Assembly (NCBI GenBank): GCA_043807405.1 | Contig: JAZDGA010000001.1 | Coordinates: 25,130-89,129, forward strand | Direction: 5' to 3' | From: Candidatus Vogelbacteria bacterium | GTDB lineage: Bacteria; Patescibacteriota; Minisyncoccia; Phycocordibacterales; JACOZG01 | Length of the DNA: 64,000 bases | Shown: positions 18,759-26,280 of the stretch, piece by piece | Layout: each line of letters starts with the position of its first letter | How positions within the stretch are numbered: position 1 is the first letter of the stretch | Notes under the pieces: model-generated | What the model was told of the DNA's origin: nothing | Seen by the model: the letters and a program-made list of their open reading frames with translations, nothing else | The model's database searches: none | Made by a program: the position numbers and the translations under genes

Positions 18759-18792
18759 ACCCCGCATGATCCGCGCCGAGGAAAATTTACAT
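18759..18792 (-). pseudogene. relic duplicate of the rpiB 5' end (ATG TAA ATT TTC CTC GGC GCG GAT CAT GCG GGG)
   Basis: Matches the real rpiB start region (18208-18241) at 28/34 positions. It would encode M*IFLGADHAG versus MKIFLGSDHAG. Confidence 0.7.
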
Positions 18793-18855
18793 TTATTAAA
18801 ATTCAAATTGCTCCAATCTTAATCATGTGCTGGACCAAGGTGTAAGTGTGCCCTA

Positions 18856-19071
18856 TTACATACAACTGCTTAGTGGCTCAGTCTTGAATGTCCAATAATT
18901 ATCCGGGTTGGGAATTTGCAGATAACCTTGCTTAAAGGCTTGATATGCTGTCAAAATTTCAGTTTTCTCAGGAACTCCAAACATTTCACATCCCGTTACT
19001 ACTTTCCTAACAGGAATAAAAAAGAAAAGAATGATTAAAACCACAACGATCAGTAAAATAATTTTTTTCAT
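18856..19071 (-). CDS. small membrane-anchored protein (71 aa), hypothetical
   Basis: ORF track entry with an N-terminal TM helix (KKIILLIVVVLIILFFFIP). AT-rich. Confidence 0.45.
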   Translation of the reverse strand: MKKIILLIVVVLIILFFFIPVRKVVTGCEMFGVPEKTEILTAYQAFKQGYLQIPNPDNYWTFKTEPLSSCM

Positions 19072-19073
19072 AG

Positions 19074-20099
19074 TTAATTAATTGCCTTTCCAGTTTTGAT
19101 CACATGCTGAACGAGAGTGTGAGTGTACCCCATTTCGTTATCGTACCAGGCAAGAATTTTGATAAGATTTCCTCCCGCTACGCGAGTCATTTCTAAATCA
19201 GCGATAGATGCGTAAGGATCACCAATAATGTCTGACGACACCAAGGGCTCATCGGATGTTTTAAAGATTCCTTTCCACCGCGGATCTTGAGCTGCTCTCC
19301 GTAAAATATTATTGACTTCTTCTTTCGAAGTATTCTTTTTAGTGACAAATGTCAAATCAACGTAAGAACCAACAAGGGTAGGAACACGCACGGAAATTCC
19401 ATCAAAGAAGGGCACCCCTTTAACCGCCTGCGTTACTGATGTCGCGGCGCCGGTAGAAGATGGGACCAGATTATGAGCCGCCGCCCGACCTTCGCGCCAA
19501 TCTTTTTTATTCGGTCCATCCACCAGAGACTGACTAGCGGTATAACTATGAACAGTATCAAGAAGAGCTTTTTCGATATCAAGTGTCTCTTCAATAATGG
19601 CGACAATCGGACTCGCTGCATTCGTGGTGCAAGAGCCATTTGAAGTAATCTGGCAACGCCCAAGTTCTGATTCATTAATCCCCATCAGCACCGTCGCGCC
19701 GACAATCCCCGGCACGGGCTCGCCCTTGACCGGCGCCGAGACGACCACCTTGCGCGCACCAGCGTCGAGATGCGCTTTGGCTTTATCATAACTGGTGAAA
19801 AAACCGGTCGCCTCGACCACCACATCAATTTGCCAATCATGCCACGGCAAATGCGCCGGCTCCTTCTCCTGACACACGCGAATCTCATGACCGTTCACCA
19901 CCAACATTTTTTCCTTGACCGTCACTGGAGGCGCATAACGACCGTAAGCACTATCGTAGCGAAGCAGATAAGCAAGATTCTCTAAGTCGCCGAGATCATT
20001 GACCGCTACCACTTCCAACTCCGGTCGTTCAATCGCAATTTTCAAAAACGCCCGGCCAATTCTTCCTAACCCATTAATTCCAACGCGTATTTTTTTCAT
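19074..20099 (-). CDS. gap: type I glyceraldehyde-3-phosphate dehydrogenase
   Basis: INGLGRIGR, SNGSCTTN and WYDNEMGY motifs. Start set at MKKIRVG (20097-20099), with TTGTGT-17-TATAAT just upstream. Confidence 0.9.
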   Translation of the reverse strand: MKKIRVGINGLGRIGRAFLKIAIERPELEVVAVNDLGDLENLAYLLRYDSAYGRYAPPVTVKEKMLVVNGHEIRVCQEKEPAHLPWHDWQIDVVVEATGFFTSYDKAKAHLDAGARKVVVSAPVKGEPVPGIVGATVLMGINESELGRCQITSNGSCTTNAASPIVAIIEETLDIEKALLDTVHSYTASQSLVDGPNKKDWREGRAAAHNLVPSSTGAATSVTQAVKGVPFFDGISVRVPTLVGSYVDLTFVTKKNTSKEEVNNILRRAAQDPRWKGIFKTSDEPLVSSDIIGDPYASIADLEMTRVAGGNLIKILAWYDNEMGYTHTLVQHVIKTGKAIN

Positions 20100-20133
20100 A
20101 GTGTCTATATTATACCGCGAATCAAGTTCAAAC

Positions 20134-20172
20134 ACAAAAAAAGCAGCCCCGCTCGAGTGAACGAGGGGGCTG
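20134..20172 (-). terminator. rho-independent terminator of the small-ORF transcription unit
   Basis: Minus strand CAGCCCCCTCG-ttcact-CGAGCGGGGCTG followed by CTTTTTTTG. Confidence 0.55.
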
Positions 20173-20263
20173 TACAAACAATCTTAACATTACCTCGGAA
20201 CGTACCGTCTTCTTTTGGCGGCCAGATCGTCTACTGTTCTGCCCGCCAAGTGCCGCTGGTTGA

Positions 20264-20359
20264 TCACGAGATCGCGCCGACGTCGTTGGTCAAATCATTA
20301 CAACCCAAAACACCTTGACTGTTCATCGGACGTCCTCTGGCCCTGATCGTACTTTTCAT
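20264..20359 (-). CDS. candidate 31-aa peptide (MKSTIRARGRPMNSQGVLGCNDLTNDVGAIS)
   Basis: Own translation; below the ORF-track cutoff. AAGGAG lies 8 nt upstream of the ATG, and the unit has its own promoter and terminator. No family recognised. Confidence 0.35.
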   Translation of the reverse strand: MKSTIRARGRPMNSQGVLGCNDLTNDVGAIS

Positions 20360-20437
20360 GGCGCACTCTCCTTGAATAAGACTCGAGACTCAAGTAGTCT
20401 GTCACACATTGACCTCGATGCTACTTGATCTGCGTCT

Positions 20438-20465
20438 AGTATACACGAACGGCAAATCTTGTCAA
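20438..20465 (-). promoter_or_regulatory. near-consensus sigma70 promoter TTGACA-16-TATACT
   Basis: The minus strand reads cgcTTGACAagatttgccgttcgtgTATACTagacg, ~75 nt upstream of the 31-aa ORF. Confidence 0.6.
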
Positions 20466-20533
20466 GCGTTTTTCCAGATTGTCGTGGGGATAAGTTAAAA
20501 TATGGCTTATTTTATGGCTTTTTAGGCAGGCAC

Positions 20534-20568
20534 AAAAAACCCGAGCGTGCATAACAGCGACGCCCGGG
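20534..20568 (-). terminator. hairpin plus T-tract ~270 nt downstream of gatB
   Basis: Minus strand CCCGGGCG-N13-CGCTCGGG (one mismatch) followed by TTTTTTG. Confidence 0.5.
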
Positions 20569-20786
20569 TCCCTTCAAACACAACGACTTCGGGTAGATCG
20601 TATCTACTCAGATCTCCTTTTATTATGCATTTTTCCAACAAAAGAAAACGCACAGAAACGAACTACACCTTGAAAAAGACCAACAACCACACTAAGGGGG
20701 ACAACCACTCGTTTCCCTCATCTTTTTATCTCCCTATAATGATGAGAAAAAACCCGTGTTTCCGTTCCGCGACTAAACCGAACTCC

Positions 20787-20814
20787 AGTTTATCATTTTC
20801 AAATTAGTCGTCAA
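20787..20814 (-). promoter_or_regulatory. candidate promoter TTGACG-16-TAAACT with TGn extended -10
   Basis: The minus strand reads TTGACGactaatttgaaaaTGaTAAACT, immediately downstream of the gatB stop. Confidence 0.4.
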
Positions 20815-20840
20815 TATGGAAAAGTAAATCTGTGGATATC

Positions 20841-22340
20841 TCAAGTTAAAATCTTGGTGAAAAGATTCTTGAGAATTTCTGGATTGGCACTGCCTTTCGA
20901 CGCCTTCATCCCCTGCCCGATTAGGAATTGTAGTGACGCCTGTTTGCCGGCACGATAGTCGATCACCACTTTCGGATTATCGGCAATTATTTTTTCCGCA
21001 ATCGTCTGCAATTCACCAGTGTCACTTTTTTGGAACAGACCTTTAGCTTCAGCAATCTCTCTCGGACTTTCTCCAGTTACTATCATTCCAGTTAAAATAT
21101 CTTTCGCTCCACGCGACGACACTTCACTATCGCCGATCATCACGATAAGCACAGCAAAGTTTTTATCTTGCTTGTTTAATTTAGTGTAATCGCCGTTAAT
21201 TAATTTGATCAGATCATTGGTAATATAATTGGTTGCGAGTTGAATTAATTTTTTATCTTCCTTCAAATCTTCGGTTACCGCTTCGAAGAAGTGCGCCAAT
21301 TCCGGCGTAGTCACAAACATCTCGACGTCTTCAGTCTTGATTCCAAAATCTCGCGCGTAGCGCTCGCGCTTCTGCCACGGCAATTCTGGAATCGTCGCCG
21401 ACAAATTCTTGAAAACTTCAATTTCACTGATTCGAAGTTTCGGCAAATCAGGATCGGGAAAGTAGCGATAATCGTGTGACGACTCTTTGAGTCGTTGGGA
21501 AAAAGTTATTCCCTTCGTCTCGTCCCAACCCCGCGTCTCTTGAACCACTTTTCCACCGGCTTCAAGCAATTCCGTTTGCCGTTTGAATTCATATTGGATT
21601 GCCTGCTCGACGCTTCGAAAAGAATTCAGATTCTTAACTTCAACTTTCGTTCCTAATTTAAGGTTCGACCTTTTTGGATTCTCAAGGTCGAACCTTGGAA
21701 TTACACTAATATTGGCCTCCACTCTCATCTCGCCCTTCTCCATATTCGCTTCCGAGACATTAAGATAGCGTAGGAGTAATTGTAATTCGCGGGCGAAATC
21801 GCCCGCTTGTTTGGCACTGGTGATTACAGGTTCTGTCACAAGTTCCATCAGTGGCACACCGGCACGATTGAAATCAATTAAACTATCCTTACCACTTTCC
21901 GAGTGAATTGACCGCGCCGTATCTTCTTCAAGGTGAACGCGCGTAATCTTAACTCCGTTAATTGCCCCGCTGGTAATCAACGGATATTGATGCTGACTGA
22001 TTTGATAGCCCTTCGGGATGTCGGGATAAAAATAATTTTTGCGATCAAACTCGGTAAAGTCAGCCAGCGTCCCGCCAACCGCCAGCCCGACTCGCAAAAC
22101 ATGTTCCACCGCTTTTTGATTAATCGTCGGCAAGATCCCGGGATGGCCGAGGCAAATCGGACAGATATTCACATTGGGCCGTTTCTCACTTGCCTCGCCG
22201 GCAGGCGGGTCCGGATCATTCGCCGAATCGCAAAACATCTTTGTTTTGGTCTTCAGCTCGGCATGAATCTCAAGCCCGATAGTGAGTTGATATTTATCCC
22301 CTTTTAAATTACTTGACATAGTTTTTGTATTTGCTATCAT
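20841..22340 (-). CDS. gatB: Asp-tRNA(Asn)/Glu-tRNA(Gln) amidotransferase subunit B
   Basis: IGLEIHAEL, NICPICLGHPG, DFNRAGVPLMELVTEP and the C-terminal GatB/YqeY region. The start may be Met8 (22319). Confidence 0.9.
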   Translation of the reverse strand: MIANTKTMSSNLKGDKYQLTIGLEIHAELKTKTKMFCDSANDPDPPAGEASEKRPNVNICPICLGHPGILPTINQKAVEHVLRVGLAVGGTLADFTEFDRKNYFYPDIPKGYQISQHQYPLITSGAINGVKITRVHLEEDTARSIHSESGKDSLIDFNRAGVPLMELVTEPVITSAKQAGDFARELQLLLRYLNVSEANMEKGEMRVEANISVIPRFDLENPKRSNLKLGTKVEVKNLNSFRSVEQAIQYEFKRQTELLEAGGKVVQETRGWDETKGITFSQRLKESSHDYRYFPDPDLPKLRISEIEVFKNLSATIPELPWQKRERYARDFGIKTEDVEMFVTTPELAHFFEAVTEDLKEDKKLIQLATNYITNDLIKLINGDYTKLNKQDKNFAVLIVMIGDSEVSSRGAKDILTGMIVTGESPREIAEAKGLFQKSDTGELQTIAEKIIADNPKVVIDYRAGKQASLQFLIGQGMKASKGSANPEILKNLFTKILT

Positions 22341-22350
22341 AAAAATGTAG

Positions 22351-22479
22351 TCACGATGAAAAGTCCCCCTTGAGGTTCCGTCCTCCGGGGGTCCTTTTCT
22401 TTTTGTACTCGACTTTCCAGCCTAGTTCCTTAATGGCTAGATATAAATTCTGTCCATCAATAAAAGCATAATTTTTCAT
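22351..22479 (-). pseudogene. N-terminal remnant (~29 aa) of an NYN/LabA-like ribonuclease-domain gene
   Basis: MKNYAFIDGQNLYLAIKELGWKVEYKK matches the start of NYN-domain proteins and then degenerates, stopping after 42 codons. Confidence 0.45.
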
Positions 22480-22553
22480 TGCTCTTAATTTTATCACGAT
22501 TTTGAACACAAAAAAAGCGAGGTCGGATGACCCCGCGTGGAAAGGTGAACGGA

Positions 22554-22838
22554 TCACAAATTGTCTTTAGGCCAAGACGGGCAATACTTTTGGTAAAATT
22601 TGAGACCTTCGACACTTACATGAATCCAGAAAAGTTCTTGGCACTTTGGACATTGAAACACAATGGCCCCAGCCCCAGCATAATAACTACCCCTTTTAAC
22701 GACCTCATGATTAAAACCAACAACATGCGGAGCGATCACACGAGTTAGTTTGTTACCAATCTCCCAACCATATTCACACTCCCATTCCATAGCATGATAA
22801 AGACCGTTTAAGACCGTAATGCCCCACGAATGTGTCAT
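22554..22838 (-). CDS. hypothetical protein (94 aa) with a CPKC...C motif
   Basis: ORF track entry, preceded by promoter-like repeat copy 1 and GAGGTG. Confidence 0.5.
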   Translation of the reverse strand: MTHSWGITVLNGLYHAMEWECEYGWEIGNKLTRVIAPHVVGFNHEVVKRGSYYAGAGAIVFQCPKCQELFWIHVSVEGLKFYQKYCPSWPKDNL

Positions 22839-22843
22839 GCGAC

Positions 22844-22890
22844 ACCTCGATTCTACCCGCTAGGTTAGCATATCTAGGTTTAGATGTCAA
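22844..22890 (-). repeat. copy 1 of a ~47-nt promoter/5'-UTR direct repeat
   Basis: The minus strand reads TTGACAtctaaacctagatatgcTAACCTagcgggtagaatcgaggt. Its partner lies at 24514-24562. Confidence 0.75.
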
Positions 22891-22921
22891 TGGCAAAGTT
22901 CGTATCTCCTCACAATCCCGA

Positions 22922-24351
22922 GTAAGTTATCCACAAAAAGACCATACAAAATATGGGGTTTTTGCTAAAATAGAGGTCTAAATGCTAGGTCAATTAAGTC
23001 GAGAAATCAGACTCCAAATCAGTGTCACCAGGCTGAAGAAGGGCACGCAGAAACTGCGAGAGAAAGTGGTCGAACTCCTCCATTCAAACAAAGAAAAGGA
23101 TCGGCGGATCGCTGACTTGGAAGCTAAACTGATCGACAAAGAGTCTCAACGAAAAGAATTGCTCTCCTACCTCTACAAACCGGGCAAGAAAACTGGGGAA
23201 GCCAAACCGCGAGGCAAGCAACCGGGCGCGCCGGCTTACCATCGGCCAATTCCGCCGCCATCAGCCGTGACCCAAGAACACAGTTATGTCTTGAAAATTT
23301 GCCCCATCTGTGAAAAAGAAGTCGGGGGCGTAGTTGATACCGTGGTCAAGTACACCGAAGACATCGCCCTGAAGCCACGACCAATCGTCACCAAACATAC
23401 GATTACCCGTCACTGGTGCGCGCGCTGCGAGACTTATGTCAAATCAAAAAACATTCCACCGATCACTCGGATTGGTATCAAGACCATGGGTTATGTTCTC
23501 TACGCTCGATACCGTCTCCGTTTGCCGTTGGGCAAGATCAAAGAGAGTCTGCTGGACCTCTATGACTTCAAACTCTCGGAAGGTGAAATCGTGGCGACCT
23601 TGAAGGACGCCGAGACCCTTTTCGGCAAAGATTATGAAGCGATTATCGCACTCATCCAAGCCGCCACCACTGTCTACGCCGATGAAACTGGTTGGCGAAT
23701 GGATGGAAACAACTGGTGGCTGTGGGTGTTCGTCACCACGACCGGCACCCAATATTTGATTGAAGACAGTCGAGGCAAGGGCGGGCCTGAACGAGCGTTG
23801 GGAAACAAAGCTGATCGCGTGATCATTTCCGACGGCTATGCCGCTTACCAAAATCTAGCGGGCGACAAACAACAATGCTGGGTGCATCTATTGCGAGTAG
23901 CCAAACTTCAGTCGCTCTCGTTGTATCAGGATTTGGTTGTTCTCTACAAGAAACTGTTACTCGAATTAGAGAAACCACTCGGGCAACGAGACAAAGAAAA
24001 GTTAAAAAAAGAATTGGCTGATTTGATTGTTAAATCATACTTGGAACCGACGGTGGGAAAAGTCCGGGAGAGAATGAAGCGTCACCAAGCGGTACTTTTT
24101 ACCTGTCTTGATTATGAAAGTGTTCGGCCCGAGAACAATACCGCCGAACGAGCGATCCGACCACAAGTCGTGATGCGTAAAATCTTCGGCGGATCGCGAT
24201 CGTTGGCGGGGGCTCAAGCTCATCAAGTCAACTCGTCAGTGTTGGAAACGATGCGTCAACGGAACCCCGAAGCTAATTTCTTCGATGTCATTTTACCCTT
24301 GCTGGAGAAACGTCGCTCGGAGGTGTGAGCTGATACTTTTTTGTGATCCAC
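22922..24351 (+). mobile_element. IS66-family insertion sequence, single-ORF type; ends approximate
   Basis: Imperfect terminal inverted repeats GTAAGTTATCCACAAAAAG (22922-22940) and CTTTTTTGTGATCCAC (24336-24351) flank an IS66-type transposase. No clear target duplication could be identified. Confidence 0.7.
22982..24328 (+). CDS. IS66-family DDE transposase
   Basis: N-terminal coiled coil, zinc-finger CPICEKEV...CARCETYV, YADETGWRMDGNNWWLWVF, SDGYAAYQNL, QQCWVHLLR and NNTAERAIRPQVVMRKIFGGSRS. Confidence 0.9.
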   Translation: MLGQLSREIRLQISVTRLKKGTQKLREKVVELLHSNKEKDRRIADLEAKLIDKESQRKELLSYLYKPGKKTGEAKPRGKQPGAPAYHRPIPPPSAVTQEHSYVLKICPICEKEVGGVVDTVVKYTEDIALKPRPIVTKHTITRHWCARCETYVKSKNIPPITRIGIKTMGYVLYARYRLRLPLGKIKESLLDLYDFKLSEGEIVATLKDAETLFGKDYEAIIALIQAATTVYADETGWRMDGNNWWLWVFVTTTGTQYLIEDSRGKGGPERALGNKADRVIISDGYAAYQNLAGDKQQCWVHLLRVAKLQSLSLYQDLVVLYKKLLLELEKPLGQRDKEKLKKELADLIVKSYLEPTVGKVRERMKRHQAVLFTCLDYESVRPENNTAERAIRPQVVMRKIFGGSRSLAGAQAHQVNSSVLETMRQRNPEANFFDVILPLLEKRRSEV

Positions 24352-24450
24352 TCCTTTCTGTACCTCGACCATTCCAACCCAACTTCTAACCCCACCGAGC
24401 ACTGACAAAAGGAAACCCAAAATCATCAGAATCATCAGAAAAGAACGCAT
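24256..24450 (-). pseudogene. small membrane-protein gene apparently interrupted by the IS66 element
   Basis: The first ~33 codons (MRSFLMILMILGFLLSVLGG...) are native, and the frame then reads into the IS end. About 10 possible remaining codons lie left of the IS (22891-22921). Confidence 0.4.
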
Positions 24451-24513
24451 AATTCACCTCTCTCGTTTTATCTTGCCTGCAAGGTTCAGCCAAGAATCAC
24501 GCGATTTCGGCTT

Positions 24514-24562
24514 ACCTCACGATTCTGCCCACTAGGTTAGCATATCTAGGTTTAGAAGTCAA
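24514..24562 (-). repeat. copy 2 of the ~47-nt promoter/5'-UTR direct repeat
   Basis: The minus strand reads TTGACTtctaaacctagatatgcTAACCTagtgggcagaatcgtgaggt. Confidence 0.75.
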
Positions 24563-24678
24563 ATTTTTCGGGCGGTTTTTATAAAATATGCTTTAACCGA
24601 GCCAAATGTTAAACACCGAGTGTTCAACAAATTGTCTGGATCTTTGGATAAAATTACTGTCTGTGTTAGTATCTAACT

Positions 24679-24852
24679 ATGTCAAAAAACTCAAAATTTA
24701 CAGTGGAACTTGAGCAAGAAACGGATGGTCGCTGGATTGCCGAGGTCCAAGAATTGCCGGGGGTGCTTTGTTATGGCACCAACCGTGAGGAGGCTCTCGC
24801 CAAAGCCGAGGTGTTGGCTGGTAAGTTAAGCATCAACGCGGGTCTCATTTAA
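24679..24852 (+). CDS. orphan HicB/UPF0150-like antitoxin (57 aa)
   Basis: Own translation (below the track cutoff): MSKNSKFTVELEQETDGRWIAEVQELPGVLCYGTNREEALAKAEVLAGKLSINAGLI. No hicA partner is adjacent. Confidence 0.6.
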   Translation: MSKNSKFTVELEQETDGRWIAEVQELPGVLCYGTNREEALAKAEVLAGKLSINAGLI

Positions 24853-24887
24853 TTATTTCTCTGTCTGGTTGGTTAAATTTTAATAAA

Positions 24888-24914
24888 AATGTTCGACGTC
24901 AGACGTCGAACATT
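24888..24914. terminator. perfect 11-bp hairpin between convergent genes (bidirectional terminator candidate)
   Basis: AATGTTCGACG-tcaga-CGTCGAACATT, flanked by A/T-rich runs. Confidence 0.55.
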
Positions 24915-25109
24915 CTATCTAAAAGTCCAAAATAAATCATTGGGCCAAAAAGGTGAAAAAACGAGGGCTCTTAGATAAGCATGCGGATTAAAAAGAGCTT
25001 CATACCAAACACCTCCATATTTTACTTCTAAACTAAACTCACCGAGCATGCCGTAAATTAAACCCACTAAAAGATAAAAAATAATGATCAATAGAAAAAT
25101 CTTTTTCAT
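24915..25109 (-). CDS. small membrane protein (64 aa), hypothetical
   Basis: ORF track entry with a hydrophobic N-terminus (KKIFLLIIIFYLLVGLIYG). Lies downstream of rpsI. Confidence 0.4.
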   Translation of the reverse strand: MKKIFLLIIIFYLLVGLIYGMLGEFSLEVKYGGVWYEALFNPHAYLRALVFSPFWPNDLFWTFR

Positions 25110-25116
25110 GTTAAAT

Positions 25117-25569
25117 CTACCGCTTACTCCACTGTGGAGCTTTGCGGGCTTTTTTCAAGCCGAACTTGCGGCGTTCTTTCATTCGCGAATCGCGCGTGAG
25201 GAATTTTTTTTGCTTCAACGGCACGCGAAGTTCCGGTGTTATCTTAATCAACGCCCGCGCGATGCCGAGAGAAATAGCTTCGGCTTGGGAATGAATCCCG
25301 CCACCGCGGACATGAATGCTAATCGCCCATTTGCCGCCGGCCGGCGCGAGCGCAAACGGCGCCAGCACAATTCGGTGCAAACTAAGAATGCGGAAATAAT
25401 TATCGAGTGATTGATCATTGATTAGGATCGTTTGTTTAGTACTCGGTGTTAAGCGCACGCGAGCCACGGAAGTTTTGCGCCGGCCCACCGCTTCGATATA
25501 CCGAACAGCAACCTTGGCGGCTCTCACTGTTTTCTTTTTGGCGGCGATCGTTGGAGTAATTGGGGTCAT
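25117..25569 (-). CDS. rpsI: 30S ribosomal protein S9
   Basis: GRRKTSVARVRL, GGGIHSQAEAISLGIARAL and the C-terminal RKFGLKKARKAPQWSKR. Confidence 0.9.
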   Translation of the reverse strand: MTPITPTIAAKKKTVRAAKVAVRYIEAVGRRKTSVARVRLTPSTKQTILINDQSLDNYFRILSLHRIVLAPFALAPAGGKWAISIHVRGGGIHSQAEAISLGIARALIKITPELRVPLKQKKFLTRDSRMKERRKFGLKKARKAPQWSKR

Positions 25570-25578
25570 GAAAATAAT

Positions 25579-25935
25579 TTAAGCGGTGACCATTAAATGT
25601 TTAAGAATCAGTCGGCGCAATTTATTGTTGGGCAACATGCCTTTCACCGCCTGGCGAAAAAGTTCCGGATAACCTCGGCGCAGAGCCAGATTGGCCATCG
25701 TCTCCGACTTCAGCCCGCCCGGATAACCAGTGTACCGGCGATATTCCGTCCGGGCAAATTTAGCCGGTTGAATTTTTAATTTCGCCACATTTGTCACCGT
25801 CACCGAGACAGACGGCAGAATATACGGTCGGAAATTCGCTTCGCCCTTACCGCGAAGAAGCGACGCGGTACGCGAGGCTATTCGTCCCAACGATTCTCCG
25901 GTGGCATCAATTGTGTAATTTTTCATATTAAACAA
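25579..25935 (-). CDS. rplM: 50S ribosomal protein L13 (short, 118 aa)
   Basis: IDATGESLGRIASRTASLLRGK and YRRYTGYPGGLK motifs. Canonical rplM-rpsI pair. Confidence 0.85.
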   Translation of the reverse strand: MFNMKNYTIDATGESLGRIASRTASLLRGKGEANFRPYILPSVSVTVTNVAKLKIQPAKFARTEYRRYTGYPGGLKSETMANLALRRGYPELFRQAVKGMLPNNKLRRLILKHLMVTA

Positions 25936-26278
25936 ATTCTATTAACGCTTGCGGACTCCCGTCCGCGAGCCGCGGTGGTAATTTAGTAATTCGCGTATAG
26001 CCGCCGGCGCGGGTTTGATAACGCGGAGCAATTTCGGTCATTAATTTTCGCATCGCTTCCGGTCGGCCGAGACGAGACAAGAGCAAGCGACGATCCGCCA
26101 GCAGTCCGCCCCGCGCGCGCGTTACCAACTTTTCGATCAACGGACGGAGTTCCTTCGCGCGCGCGGTCGTCGTCTTGATTTTGCCACGAGCAATCAAGTT
26201 GACGGCTAAAGACCGCAAGAACGCGCGTCGTTGATTGCGCTCCCGACCAAATTTTCGATTGTGATTGTGGTGGCGCAT
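25928..26278 (-). CDS. rplQ: 50S ribosomal protein L17
   Basis: MRHHNHNRKFGRERNQRRAFLRSLA...TTTARAKELRP. Follows rpoA. Confidence 0.9.
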   Translation of the reverse strand: MRHHNHNRKFGRERNQRRAFLRSLAVNLIARGKIKTTTARAKELRPLIEKLVTRARGGLLADRRLLLSRLGRPEAMRKLMTEIAPRYQTRAGGYTRITKLPPRLADGSPQALIEFV

Positions 26279-26280
26279 AA

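Noticed and set aside
20547-20807. 86-aa plus-strand ORF in the gatB-gap gap
   Set aside because: It has a non-ATG start, no SD and low-complexity Ser/Thr/Asn/Lys-rich composition. It runs antisense to the promoter/terminator-delimited unit on the minus strand.
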